From positions 128,001-192,000 of the forward strand of contig CAWCPV010000007.1 in NCBI GenBank assembly GCA_963797555.1: a DNA stretch of 64,000 bases, given 5' to 3'. Both the position numbers and the translations under genes were made by a program. The stretch is from an uncultured Gammaproteobacteria bacterium. GTDB lineage: Bacteria; Pseudomonadota; Gammaproteobacteria; CAWCPV01. Below, piece by piece: positions 51,696 through 61,584 of this stretch; position 1 is the stretch's first letter, and every line of letters starts with the position of its first letter. Below the pieces are notes generated by a model. The model made no database searches and was not told the origin of the DNA. It saw only the letters and a list, made by a program, of their open reading frames with translations.

Positions 51696-53786
51696 ATGGA
51701 CTCAGTCGCGAAGCAATTAGAGGACATCCTGCGCGCCTACCAGGCAAAACCCGAGCTTATCCGCGAGCACTACAATGGTGAGGAATCTGACCGGCGAGGC
51801 TACGCTGGACGCCCCCTGCTGGAGCTGATCCAGAATGTTGAGGATGCCCTCGCGGACGCGGAACAGCGGGGCGATATGCTGCTGGCGCTCACCGACGGAA
51901 TGCTCACCATCGCCAACCAGGGTACTCCGTTCTCGGAGCGGGGCTTCCAGGCGCTTTGCGATCGGAATGACAGCCCCAATCGCCGCAGCCAGCGTTTCGT
52001 GGGCAGCAAGGGCACCGGATTCAAGGCCGTGCTCAACTGGTCTGACGGACTGGAAATCTACTCGGGGGCCATCGGGGCGCGTTTCGACCGAGTTGAGGCG
52101 GCAACCCGGATCCTTGAGGCTGTATGCGATGAGGGGCGTACGCGGCTCGATGCAGACGGGCACTGGCCAGACTCCCACATGCCCCTCCTGCGGGTGCCGC
52201 TACCGGCGATTCCGGACCAGCGCATGTGTCAGCTCCTTGGCGAAGGCTGGGCAACCGTCATTCGGCTTCATTTGTTCCCCGACAGGGTGACTGAAGTCGG
52301 CGACCAGCTGCGCTCGCTGGATCCGCGCGACCTACTTTTTCTCAGCCACCTCGGCGAGGTGACTCTGCGGCTGGACGGTGTACCGCTCACCTGGACACTG
52401 CACCGGCATCGGCATCGGCAAACCCAGGGCGTCGAATCCCACGACCTAGAGGTGCTGAAGGACGGCAGGACACACGCGAGCTATCGGGTGCTGCGGAGAC
52501 GCCTGCCGGATGTCCGCCCGGAGGAATCCGATGAGGTCGGGGACGTCGAGGTCGCGCTCGCCTACTGCACCGACGCGGGCGACCAAGCGACAGCGAGTTA
52601 CGTCTACAATTTCTTCCCGACAGAGTGCCTTTCCCCCTTGCCGGCGATAGCGATTCACGGGACCTTCCTGCTCACCTCTGACCGCAACCACTTGCGCAAA
52701 GACGATCCGAGCTACCAGGACGCCTTGATCGCGGCCCTCAGCGAGCTGTGCGCAGAGTACCTGATCCCGGAGCTCGTGGATCGTTTCGGACACAGGGCGC
52801 TGAACTATCTGCGGCCTGGGCCGCAGGTGGCGGGCTCATCAGAGAGTGTCGAGCGCGTGCTCAGCGAACGGTTGGTCGGTACGGTCCGGTCGATGCCTTT
52901 CGTGCCCACGGTGAGCGGTCGCAACGTGGCTCCTAAGGACCTGCGGCTGTGGAGCCATAGGTTGGGAGATCTGCTCGACGAGCATCCCGATGCGCCAGAC
53001 GAACCGGCGCTTCCCCGTCCCGCTTGGTGGCGGCGCATGCTTCGTCCGCTGTCCGCGGGCGCCACTCGGAGAGGACGCTCAAATGACCCATGGGATCCAG
53101 CCGTCCTGCACCAAGCATTGAAGGATTTGGCGGGGCGGCGGGATCTCATGGAAGACGCCTTGGCGAGACTGCTTGAGAAACTCGAACGATCGCAGGAGGA
53201 CGCCCATGCGTACCTTCATAACAAGGGGATCAGCGAAGAAGACATCAAGCTCTGGCACCCGCCGGAAACCACGAAGCCGGATCTTCCACTGTCACCCCCA
53301 ATTCGGCATCCCGAACCCGTGCCCATGGTCCCTCCGACCGAACCCGAACCTGAGCCAATTCCGCCTACGACCGGCGTCCCCGCCGTTACCGTCGGGGTAC
53401 CGGCGCCCGAGCCGGTGGTTCTCCCTACGGAGATTCCGCTCGTGACGGTTGTCCCCCCGACCCCGCAGGTACCGCCCAATGTCCCCCCGAGCGGGGGGCC
53501 CGGCCGGGACCAGTCCGCTCGCGAGCACGGCACGACCGCCGAGGCGTGGCTTCGAAAACAGCTCAGCGATCTGTTCCAAGGGCAGTGCGAAGTCAGCGAC
53601 AGACCAGACCGTAGCCAAGGCGGCGAGTCAGACATCGTCATCCGGAGGAACAGTGAAGATCTGCTGCACGTCGAGGCCAAAGCGGTCGAGAGAGGCCTAA
53701 TCTACTGGAGCGAGGGTGAAGTTGAGAAGGCATTGCAGTCGGGAGACAGGTACGCTAGTAACCGTTCAGACCCTCCCACCAGTTGA
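51696..53786 (+). CDS. Sacsin/GHKL ATPase-like N-terminus + DUF3883-like PD-(D/E)XK C-terminus; 3' end cut by IS66
   Basis: LELIQNVEDA, NQGTPFS, GSKGTGFKAV, YNFFPT, HGTFLLTSDRN; Pro-rich linker; G..AEAW...SDIV...HVEAK. Confidence 0.78.
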   Translation: MDSVAKQLEDILRAYQAKPELIREHYNGEESDRRGYAGRPLLELIQNVEDALADAEQRGDMLLALTDGMLTIANQGTPFSERGFQALCDRNDSPNRRSQRFVGSKGTGFKAVLNWSDGLEIYSGAIGARFDRVEAATRILEAVCDEGRTRLDADGHWPDSHMPLLRVPLPAIPDQRMCQLLGEGWATVIRLHLFPDRVTEVGDQLRSLDPRDLLFLSHLGEVTLRLDGVPLTWTLHRHRHRQTQGVESHDLEVLKDGRTHASYRVLRRRLPDVRPEESDEVGDVEVALAYCTDAGDQATASYVYNFFPTECLSPLPAIAIHGTFLLTSDRNHLRKDDPSYQDALIAALSELCAEYLIPELVDRFGHRALNYLRPGPQVAGSSESVERVLSERLVGTVRSMPFVPTVSGRNVAPKDLRLWSHRLGDLLDEHPDAPDEPALPRPAWWRRMLRPLSAGATRRGRSNDPWDPAVLHQALKDLAGRRDLMEDALARLLEKLERSQEDAHAYLHNKGISEEDIKLWHPPETTKPDLPLSPPIRHPEPVPMVPPTEPEPEPIPPTTGVPAVTVGVPAPEPVVLPTEIPLVTVVPPTPQVPPNVPPSGGPGRDQSAREHGTTAEAWLRKQLSDLFQGQCEVSDRPDRSQGGESDIVIRRNSEDLLHVEAKAVERGLIYWSEGEVEKALQSGDRYASNRSDPPTS

Positions 53787-53849
53787 TCGATGCGTTAAGA
53801 GCGCGTCCAGCGCAGCAGAGCCGCTCGGCTTGTCGTACACTCCCGGCTC

Positions 53850-54568
53850 ATGGATCAAGAGCCCTCTATTCCGCAGGCGATCACGGCGAGCGGCCGGAGC
53901 TTTACCGAAGAGGAGATCTCCGCCATCGTCCGAATGGTGTCGATGTGCGTGGGCCTGAGTCGTTTTGAGCTGGCGCAGACCATCTGTGAGCTGCTGGGGT
54001 GGAGACGGGACAACGGAGCCCTGAAGTCCCGCGAGGGTCGGGATCTACTGGAGCGGTTGGAAGCTCGGGGGGATCTGAGGCTTCCCGCCAAGCGCACGGG
54101 CAGGCCCAAGGGGCGGCGCACCTGCACTGCGCAGACCGATCGGGGCGAACGCCGCGGCGAGATTGCCGGTGCGCTGCAGGAGGTGGCCCCGGTGGAGCTT
54201 CAGTTAGTGCGCCAGGCCGAGGGACGGGCATTGTGGCGCGAGCTTCTCGCGCGCTATCACTACTTGGGCTATGCCACACCCTTTGGGGCCCAGTTGGTCT
54301 ATCTCATCTGCTCCCAGCGCCGGGAGGGGGAGGTGTTGGGCGGGCTCACCTACACCAGCCCGGCCTGGCGCATGCAGGCCCGCGATGCGTGGATCGGCTG
54401 CGCTTTGCCGGGACCTGCTACCGGGCGGCCAACTGGTGCGAGGTGGGCGAGACCAGCGGACGCGGGCGCATGGACCGTGCGCACCAACGCCATGGCAGAG
54501 CGATAAAGCGGGTCTTCCTCTACGCTCTGCACCCGCAGGCCAGAGAGCGCCTGCGCGGTGAGCGCTGA
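53850..54568 (+). pseudogene. DUF4338 (Druantia DruA-like) protein with internal deletion
   Basis: SRFELAQTICELLGW, YHYLGY..PFGAQL.Y, AWRMQARDAWIG | RFAGTCYRAANW..VGET.GRGR. Confidence 0.8.
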
Positions 54569-54570
54569 AC

Positions 54571-56141
54571 TCAAGCGGGCGCAGGAAGCGGCGGTGCCTC
54601 AAAGCCGCGGCGTCGGTGGGCGAGGACATCTCTGAGATAGCACAGCGGGGAGCTCAATCGCAGCCGAGAAGTCTCGATCACACTGGCGAGCAGCGCCAGC
54701 GCCCGGCTGCCTTGTTCGCTGCGGGTCCCCTGGCTGATGCGACGCAGAATCACCCAGTGACGCAGCGCCCGCTCCGCCACGTTGTTGGTCAGCGGCAGCT
54801 GAGGCTCATCCAACACCCGGAAGATCGCCCCCCAGTCGTTGAGCAGCTCCTTGCCCAGCGCCTGGGCCTTGTCATAAGGGCAGCAGCTCATGCGTTCACA
54901 CAGGGCCGTGGAGCTCGTTCGAGCTCGCCCGGGTGGGCTTGCCGCAGGGAGCCGCCCGGTCCCTCGCGGGCGTGATAGACGGCCTGCATCAGCGCATCGA
55001 GCAGGTCATAGACCGCCTGGCCGTAGCCCTGGAGGGTGGGCGAGAGGCAATCCCTCAGGCCCCGGGCCTTGCGAATGAGATGCGCCCAGCAACGCAGGCG
55101 CTTGGCATAGTCCCGATAGACCTGGTACCCATCGCTCATCAGATAGCCGCAGAAGAGATCCTCGATGAGGTTCTGAAACATCTCTTTGGCGCGAGAGCCG
55201 ACCAAGAACAGCGCCGTCGAGGCCGAGATGAACACCCATAACCACAAGGGCTCTCCCCATTGCTTGTGCGGTGTCTCATCGGCATGCATGAGGGCCGCTT
55301 CCAGCAACTGGGTCACCAGCTCATCCTCGACCGGCTCGCAGGCACGGGCGGTCTCCATCACGCATTGGTGGAGGGTGCCGATGCCGAGCGCCAGCCCAAA
55401 CACCTCGTGCAGGAACTCCCGGACCAGGCGGATGGACAGGCGCATCCGAAACCGCAGCCAGACGATGAAGGCGCACAATCCCGGCCCCACCAGGCGCCAC
55501 TCGCCAAGCTCCACCCCTCGCCAGCATCCCAAGTGCTCGGGCGCGCGGTGCGGCGCCTGCCGGGTCTCATGACCACAGTCGCAACGGCTCTGGTAGTATA
55601 CCTGCCGCGTGCAGGTCAGGCGCAGCCCCGGCGCCTGCTCATCGCCAAAGACCAAGTCCAGCCTATCAAAGGCGGTGTAGGGCTTCGCCTGCTCAGGATT
55701 GAGCGCCCCACCACACAGCGCACAACTTCCCGGCCGATGATGGTCCCAATCGGTGACTGTCAGCTTCTGGGCGCGCCCGAATCCCTGGGAGCCAGGCTGC
55801 CGGCCCGCTCGGCGCTGCGTCCCTGAGGTCTTGCCACTCGTGTCCTTTGCGCCCTTCTGGCCGCCAGCCCCGGGGAGGCCATCCTCCTCAGAACGGCTCT
55901 TGGCCTCCTCGTCCTCAGGACCGGCGTCGGCCTCTTCGTCCTCCCGCGCACGCAGCCAGGGGTCTTGACTGCTCGGCGGACGAGAGCTATTGGAGGGACT
56001 CTGATTGAGCCGCTCCCACGCTTCCTTGAGATCCTGCAGCAGGCGGATGCTCAGCGCTGCCAGCGCATCGGGATCCTTCTGCCTCAGCTCCAGAATGCGC
56101 TCCTCGCTGAGCTGACGAAGGTCGTGCTCCTTGAGCACCAT
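54571..56141 (-). CDS. IS66-family transposase (apparent indels near 54905)
   Basis: NSSRPPSSQ, GRQPGSQGFG, MHADETP, LMSDGY..Y, CWAHL, TNNVAERALR. Confidence 0.87.
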
Positions 56142-56388
56142 GATTGTGTGTGACAGTGAGGTCGAGGAACATCCTGCCAAGGGCACCCAACTGTCTCACG
56201 CTGGAACCGTTTTGTCCAGCCCTCCGGGTCAAAATATTCCAGGGGGGTGAACGGTTACCTCATCGAGTGCAAAATGCCGGAACCGCCCGTCACGGAACCA
56301 GTTGGGATCAATTCGATTTGCTGCCAAGTGGTTGTGAAATAGTGAAACTGATATTTGACTGCCGGCGACCTACATGAGCGCAATAGCG

Positions 56389-56717
56389 CTAATACTCCTC
56401 CGAGGTGGCCACCGACACGCCGAGCCGGACGATCCGCGTCACTTTGTCGAGCGATCCCAAATGCTGTCTCGCAACCGCGAGGGCGTTGAGCGCCGCGAGG
56501 TGGGCCGCCTTGCGCCCCGCTTCCACATCGAGCTCCGCGCCGACGCGCCCAATGAATTTCGCCCCGCGGCCTTCCGTGGGAAGCATGCCGGTCAGGAAAC
56601 AGCAGGTTGCCCGGTCTGCACCGCCTCCACATAGATGCCGAACGGCTCCGGCGGCGCCGGGAGCTTGATGCCGAGCTCGGCGAGACGGTCCTCGGCGGTC
56701 GTTGAGTTTGTGGTCAT
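56389..56717 (-). pseudogene. RidA/YjgF family protein, frameshifted and 3'-truncated
   Basis: EDRLAELGIKLPAPPEPFG.YVEAVQTGNLLFLTGMLP...GSLDKVTRIVRLG; C-terminal third missing. Confidence 0.8.
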
Positions 56718-56735
56718 GACGAAAGCTCCTTTCAA

Positions 56736-57464
56736 TTACCAGCGGCCGAAATGAGCGCCGCCATCGACGTACAGGATGTCACCAGTGACCGTCGCGGCGT
56801 CGGTCAGGTACATGACCGCGTCCGTGATGTCCTTGACGTCGAAGGCCGACCCATCGGCGACAGGCTCTCCATCACGTCCTTCGGAGTCTCCCGGTGAAGC
56901 GGCGTGTCGACGACGCCCGGCGCGACGGCGTTCACGCGAATGCCGTCTTTCGCGTACTCCATCGCCAGGTGCTGGGTGATCGTTTCAAGACCGCCTTTGG
57001 TGATCATCGGCACCGCCGCCGTGACGCCCCGGATCGGGTTGCGAGCAAGGGCCGCCGTGATCGTGACGATGCTCCCGCCGGTCTTCTGCGCTAACATTTG
57101 CTTGATGCAGAGTTGGGTGACGTACAGGAAGCCCTCGAGGTTCGTCGAGACGAGCGACTTGAAGTCCTCGGCCGTGTAGTCCGTGAACGGCTTGGTGAAG
57201 AAGATGCCGGCGTTATTGACCAGCGCGTCGATCGACTTGAAGCGAGATAGCGCCGTCTCGACGATCTTGGCGGCAGTTGCCGGCTCGCCGATGTGGCCGT
57301 CCACCAGAGCGACGCTGGTCGGAAGCCGCGACCTCGGTGGATTGGGTCACCTTCCGGGAATTGGCAACGACGTTGAAACCCCGTTCGACAAACCCTTTCA
57401 CGATTCCCGCGCCGATTCCCTGCGAAGCTCCGGTCACGATGGCTGTCTTCCGTGGGCCGCTCAT
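56736..57464 (-). CDS. SDR-family oxidoreductase (two apparent frameshifts)
   Basis: TGASQGIG, VNNAG, RVNAVAPGVVDT, ILYVDGGAHFGRW; catalytic YxxxK replaced by PMITK. Confidence 0.83.
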
Positions 57465-57519
57465 GGTTGTTTACCTCGAAAACGTCTTGTCACTGGAAAA
57501 AATTCGATGGTCAAGCGGA

Positions 57520-58527
57520 TCAGAAATCCGCGTCCAGCACGATGCGGTAACGGGCCTTGCCTGATTCAAGTCGGGCGAAGGCCTCGTTGATCTTGCTCAT
57601 CGGGAAGTGCTCGGTCTGCGGCGCGATATTGTGCCGTGAAGCAAAGTCGAGCATCGTCTCGATCGCCACCGGCGAGCCGGTCGGCGAACCCGAGACGCTG
57701 CGCTGCTGCACGATGAGCGAGAACGCCGCGACCGGGATCGGTTCCAGCACGGCGCCGACGACGTGCAGCCGGCCGTTGGGCGCGAGCGTGCCGATCATCG
57801 CGTCCCAATCGAGCTTCACGTTGACGGTGCTGATCAGGAGGTCGAAGCTGCCGCCGAGTTTCTTGATCGCCGCCGAGTCCTTGCTCGACACGACGTGATT
57901 CGCCCCGAAACCTTTGGCTTCATCGAACTTGCTCTCGCTCGACGTGAACGCGGTCACGTCGCAGCCGTAGGCGGCGGCGAACTTCACGGCCATGTGCCCC
58001 AACCCGCCGATGCCGATGATGCCCACCCGGTCGGTCGGCTTGGCGTACATCGCCAGCGGCGCGAAGACGGTGATGCCCCCGCACAAGAGCGGCCCGGCTT
58101 CGGCGAAGTTCAGCTTTTCCGGCAGCGGGATGGCCCAAGCCCAGTGCGAGCGGATGTGGGTCGCGAACCCGCCGCGATGACCGACGATGGTCGCTTGCAC
58201 TTGCGGGCAAAGGTGATGGCTTCCCGACATGCACTGGTGACAGTGCATGCAGCTGCCCGAGTTCCAGCCGACGCCGACGCGCTGTCCGACCTTGAGACCC
58301 TTGGCATTCGGACCTATGGCCGTGACCCGACCGATGACCTCGTGGCCGAGAATCGCGGGGTACTGCGAAATGCCCCAGTCATTGTTCAAGACGGAGAGAT
58401 CGGAGTGACACAAACCGCAGTGTTCGACAGCGACTTCAACGTCCTCGGCCCCGAGCGGTCCGAGATCAACGGTTTCGAGCACCATCGGCTGCTTCGCCGC
58501 CTTCGCAACCCATGCCTTATCATTCAT
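57520..58527 (-). CDS. Zn-dependent NAD(P) alcohol/aldehyde reductase (Ahr/YjgB-like)
   Basis: CGLCHSD, GHE, C..C..C structural Zn, PLLCGGITV, GIGGLG, RYRIVL. Confidence 0.92.
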   Translation of the reverse strand: MNDKAWVAKAAKQPMVLETVDLGPLGAEDVEVAVEHCGLCHSDLSVLNNDWGISQYPAILGHEVIGRVTAIGPNAKGLKVGQRVGVGWNSGSCMHCHQCMSGSHHLCPQVQATIVGHRGGFATHIRSHWAWAIPLPEKLNFAEAGPLLCGGITVFAPLAMYAKPTDRVGIIGIGGLGHMAVKFAAAYGCDVTAFTSSESKFDEAKGFGANHVVSSKDSAAIKKLGGSFDLLISTVNVKLDWDAMIGTLAPNGRLHVVGAVLEPIPVAAFSLIVQQRSVSGSPTGSPVAIETMLDFASRHNIAPQTEHFPMSKINEAFARLESGKARYRIVLDADF

Positions 58528-58829
58528 CGCGTCGCCTATTCTGAAAGGTGGGCCGGATTGGCCCTCCGTGGAAACTCTGACGTAGCCGGCGGCCTGCAGG
58601 TGCCTCACCTGCGAGGTGAGAATAGGCCACAGGCAAGGCAGATACAATCTGGGCGTCACACGCCGTTCGGTGTGCGACGGTCTTGGTCCGACGGCCCCAC
58701 AGGTAGGCTGGATTGGCACAACGGGATGCGTCGGACCCCGGCTTCGCGCTTGCGGTAGCGCCTTTGTGCACACCAGCTCACGGTCGCAGAGCTTCCGCGG
58801 GCCTGCGGTTCTCGGTCCAGCGCGCCGTG

Positions 58830-58915
58830 AGAGGCTCGCAGCGAAGATCTGGTTCGGGCGCACCGCGGCGTCGTCGCCCTCCGGCCCGTCCGGCACGTCG
58901 AACAGGCCGCCGGTT
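58830..58915 (-). pseudogene. Fragment of amylo-alpha-1,6-glucosidase (glycogen debranching) gene
   Basis: GGLFDVPDGPEGDDAAVRPNQIFAASL resembles the conserved RPNQ..A.SL motif. Confidence 0.55.
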
Positions 58916-59005
58916 TATGAAGCGCTGGAAGCCTCGCCGGGCGCCCTCCTTTGGCGCAGGGCCAGCCAACACGAACTCCCGATTCCCACGGTACCCCCTC
59001 AACTC

Positions 59006-59869
59006 TCACCCTCCGGTCTCGAATCCAGGATAGAGCGTCATTCCGCCGTCCACGAACAGCGTGATCCCGTGAACGTAATCCGAATCGTCGGAGGCGAGCC
59101 ATACCGCCGCACGGCCGATCTCGTCCGGCTCTCCGATGCGTTTATAGGGTATAAGCTTGAGAAGATCGGCGTATGCCTCGCGGCTTCCCCACGCTTCCAT
59201 GTTGATGGGCGTACGAATGGCACCGGGCGCAATGCTGTTCACGCGGATGCGGTAAGGCGCCATTTCCTGCGCCATGCTTTTCATCATGAGCATGACGCCG
59301 CCCTTCGATGCGGCGTAATTCACATGGCCCGCCCAAGGAATCACCTCGTGCACCGAGCTGATGCAAATGACCTTCCCGGCGGCGCAGGAGATGTCTCTGT
59401 CGACTCCTTGCTTCTTGAACTGACGCACGGCTTCCCGGGCGCAGAGGAACTGGCCGGTGAGGTTCACGCCGATCACGAAGTTCCAATCGGCAAGCGTCAT
59501 CTCATCGAATCGTGCGTCTTTCTGAAGCCCGGCGTTGTTGACCAGGATGTCCAGGCGTCCAAACCGCTGGACGACGTCCTGAACCATGGCCTGCACCTCG
59601 TCCTCCTTGCTGACATCCGCCGAATAAGCGTAGGACTCGGCGCCGCAGCGCTTGATTTCGTCCACGACCTCGTCGGCCAGCTCTTTGCGGCTCACATAAT
59701 TGACCACCACGTCGGCACCGGCATGACCCAGGGCGGCGGCGATGGACTTGCCGATTCCCGAGTTGGCACCCGTCACCAGAGCTTTCTGGCCTTTCAATAC
59801 TTTCACAACGGAGCAGCGCGGCATCACCGGTTCCGGAAATTCTTCCTCGATGAATCTGGTATCGATCAT
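59006..59869 (-). CDS. Glucose 1-dehydrogenase-type SDR
   Basis: TGANSGIG, NNAG, SSVHEVIPW, YAASKGG, GAIRTPIN. Confidence 0.9.
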   Translation of the reverse strand: MIDTRFIEEEFPEPVMPRCSVVKVLKGQKALVTGANSGIGKSIAAALGHAGADVVVNYVSRKELADEVVDEIKRCGAESYAYSADVSKEDEVQAMVQDVVQRFGRLDILVNNAGLQKDARFDEMTLADWNFVIGVNLTGQFLCAREAVRQFKKQGVDRDISCAAGKVICISSVHEVIPWAGHVNYAASKGGVMLMMKSMAQEMAPYRIRVNSIAPGAIRTPINMEAWGSREAYADLLKLIPYKRIGEPDEIGRAAVWLASDDSDYVHGITLFVDGGMTLYPGFETGG

Positions 59870-60056
59870 TTTCCCGTCCTCCAGTCGCTTTACGGATAGG
59901 CACTTCGGGCGCCCGCGTCGACCGCTTTCTCGCCTCAGAGCGAGGCGGAGTCAAGCCTCGGGGCGCGAGGCGGCCGCACCGAGAGTGCACAGACACGGTC
60001 TACCGCCGCACATGTTCCGGCCCCGCCCAGGCCACGCACCTTGGTCAGCGGCCCGC

Positions 60057-61523
60057 TCAGGCCGCCGCCTCCTCGCCGGGCAGTCCCTGCGCCGCCAGTG
60101 CGGCCCCGACCCTGAGCCCCCAGGCATAGATGGTGAGCGCCGGATTCACCCGGCTGGAGCGCGGCAGCACGCTGCCGTCCACCACATAAAGCCCTTCCAT
60201 CCCGTGTACCTTGCCCCCGGCATCCACCACCGAGTCGTCGGCATCCTTGCCGGTGACCAGCGTGCCGCAGGCATGGGCCGTGGCCTCGATCGGCATGAGG
60301 CGCGCGACGCTCACCAGGCCGAGGCCGAGCAAGCCGCGGCGGAAGGTCGCTACGAAGCGCCGGTGCTCGTCGAAGGCCGGGCGGATTCGCGTCGGGTCGT
60401 AGTCGACCAGTGGGCGGTCCGTCCCCTCGGCCCGAGCCGCCACGCGGTTGTCGGGGTGGCTGCCGTCCTCGGTGGTGAGGAAGAATCCGTAGGCATGCCG
60501 GCCCATGGCCGCCGCCAGGAAGCGCGGTGCAAAACCCGGCGCCTGCGTCACCACCAAGTCGCCGACGATGCCGCCTCCGAGGGCCTGAAGAATGCTGTGC
60601 GGGCAGTCGTCGTGCATCAGCAAGGCGGTTTTGCAGAGCACGTCGGTGCGCCGCGAGGCGCCGAAGGCGATGAGGATGGTGTTCAGGTGGGTCTTGAAGT
60701 TGCGCCCGATGCGCCGATAGCTAGGGAGCTGGGCGGCGAGCCCCTGGTCCTCCACGTACGCCTGCAGCAGGCGCGGCGAGTGCATGGCGCCGGCGGCGAG
60801 CAGCACGTGGCGGGCGCCATATTCGGTGCCGTCGGCGAGCCGCACCCCGGTGATGAGCCGCGGGTTGCCGAAAGCACCGACCAGCGCAGCGACCGGGCTG
60901 CCCGTCACGATGCGCAGGTTGGGACGGTCCTCGACCTTGGCCAGCATGGCCGCCTCCGCATCGGACTTCAGCCGGTGGGGCACGGCATAGCCGTCGAAGT
61001 GGCTCGCCTCCGCGGGGTGCTCCAGGATGTCCGAAACCAGCCCGATGGGCATGGCATGCTCGTGCCAGCCGGCGTCCTTGCGCGCTAGCCGGGAGAATAT
61101 GGCGCGCAGGTTGCGCTCGACCGGGAAGTTGCGCACCCCCAGCAGCCGCTCCGCCTCGTCGTAGAAGGGCGCCAGGTCCTCGTGGCCTATGGGCCAAGCG
61201 CGGCACTGGTGGGGCACGTCGTCGCCGAACTCATGGGGACTCAAGCGCAGCAGAGCCGCGCCGTACCACTTGGTCTTGCCGCCGAGGTTGAAATACTCCT
61301 CGGGGTAGACCGTTTTACCGCGGCCGTCCACCCAGGGCTCGTGGTTCTTGAAGGCGCCCTGGCGCAGGACCTTGTCGGGGTCCAGCGTGCTCCCGTCCTC
61401 CGGCAGCGCTGGCCCCTTCTCGATGACCAGCACGGAGCGTCCGGTCTGGGCCAGGCGATATGCGGCGGCAGAGCCGCCTGCGCCGGAGCCCACGATGACG
61501 TAGTCGTATGTCCTGTCGTTCAT
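60057..61523 (-). CDS. GMC-family FAD oxidoreductase
   Basis: GSGAGG, LGGKTKWYGA, LAAGAMHSPRLL, HACGT, VVDGSVLP..SRVNPALTI. Confidence 0.9.
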   Translation of the reverse strand: MNDRTYDYVIVGSGAGGSAAAYRLAQTGRSVLVIEKGPALPEDGSTLDPDKVLRQGAFKNHEPWVDGRGKTVYPEEYFNLGGKTKWYGAALLRLSPHEFGDDVPHQCRAWPIGHEDLAPFYDEAERLLGVRNFPVERNLRAIFSRLARKDAGWHEHAMPIGLVSDILEHPAEASHFDGYAVPHRLKSDAEAAMLAKVEDRPNLRIVTGSPVAALVGAFGNPRLITGVRLADGTEYGARHVLLAAGAMHSPRLLQAYVEDQGLAAQLPSYRRIGRNFKTHLNTILIAFGASRRTDVLCKTALLMHDDCPHSILQALGGGIVGDLVVTQAPGFAPRFLAAAMGRHAYGFFLTTEDGSHPDNRVAARAEGTDRPLVDYDPTRIRPAFDEHRRFVATFRRGLLGLGLVSVARLMPIEATAHACGTLVTGKDADDSVVDAGGKVHGMEGLYVVDGSVLPRSSRVNPALTIYAWGLRVGAALAAQGLPGEEAAA

Positions 61524-61584
61524 GCTCTCACTCCACAGTGCCGCGACTGCCGACAAGCCGAGCCCGGCCCCCCGCAGGCCACGC

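Larger units (their letters stand above)
53758..56258. mobile_element. IS66-family element carrying a DUF4338 gene
   Basis: TIR GTAACCGTTCA (53758) / TGAACGGTTAC (56258); no TSD. Confidence 0.87.

Noticed and set aside
53260-53500. Pro-rich low-complexity stretch as a tandem repeat array
   Set aside because: No regular nucleotide period; it is a protein linker
53850-54568. Complete Druantia defence system
   Set aside because: Only a broken DUF4338 gene inside an IS; no DruE helicase or other dru genes
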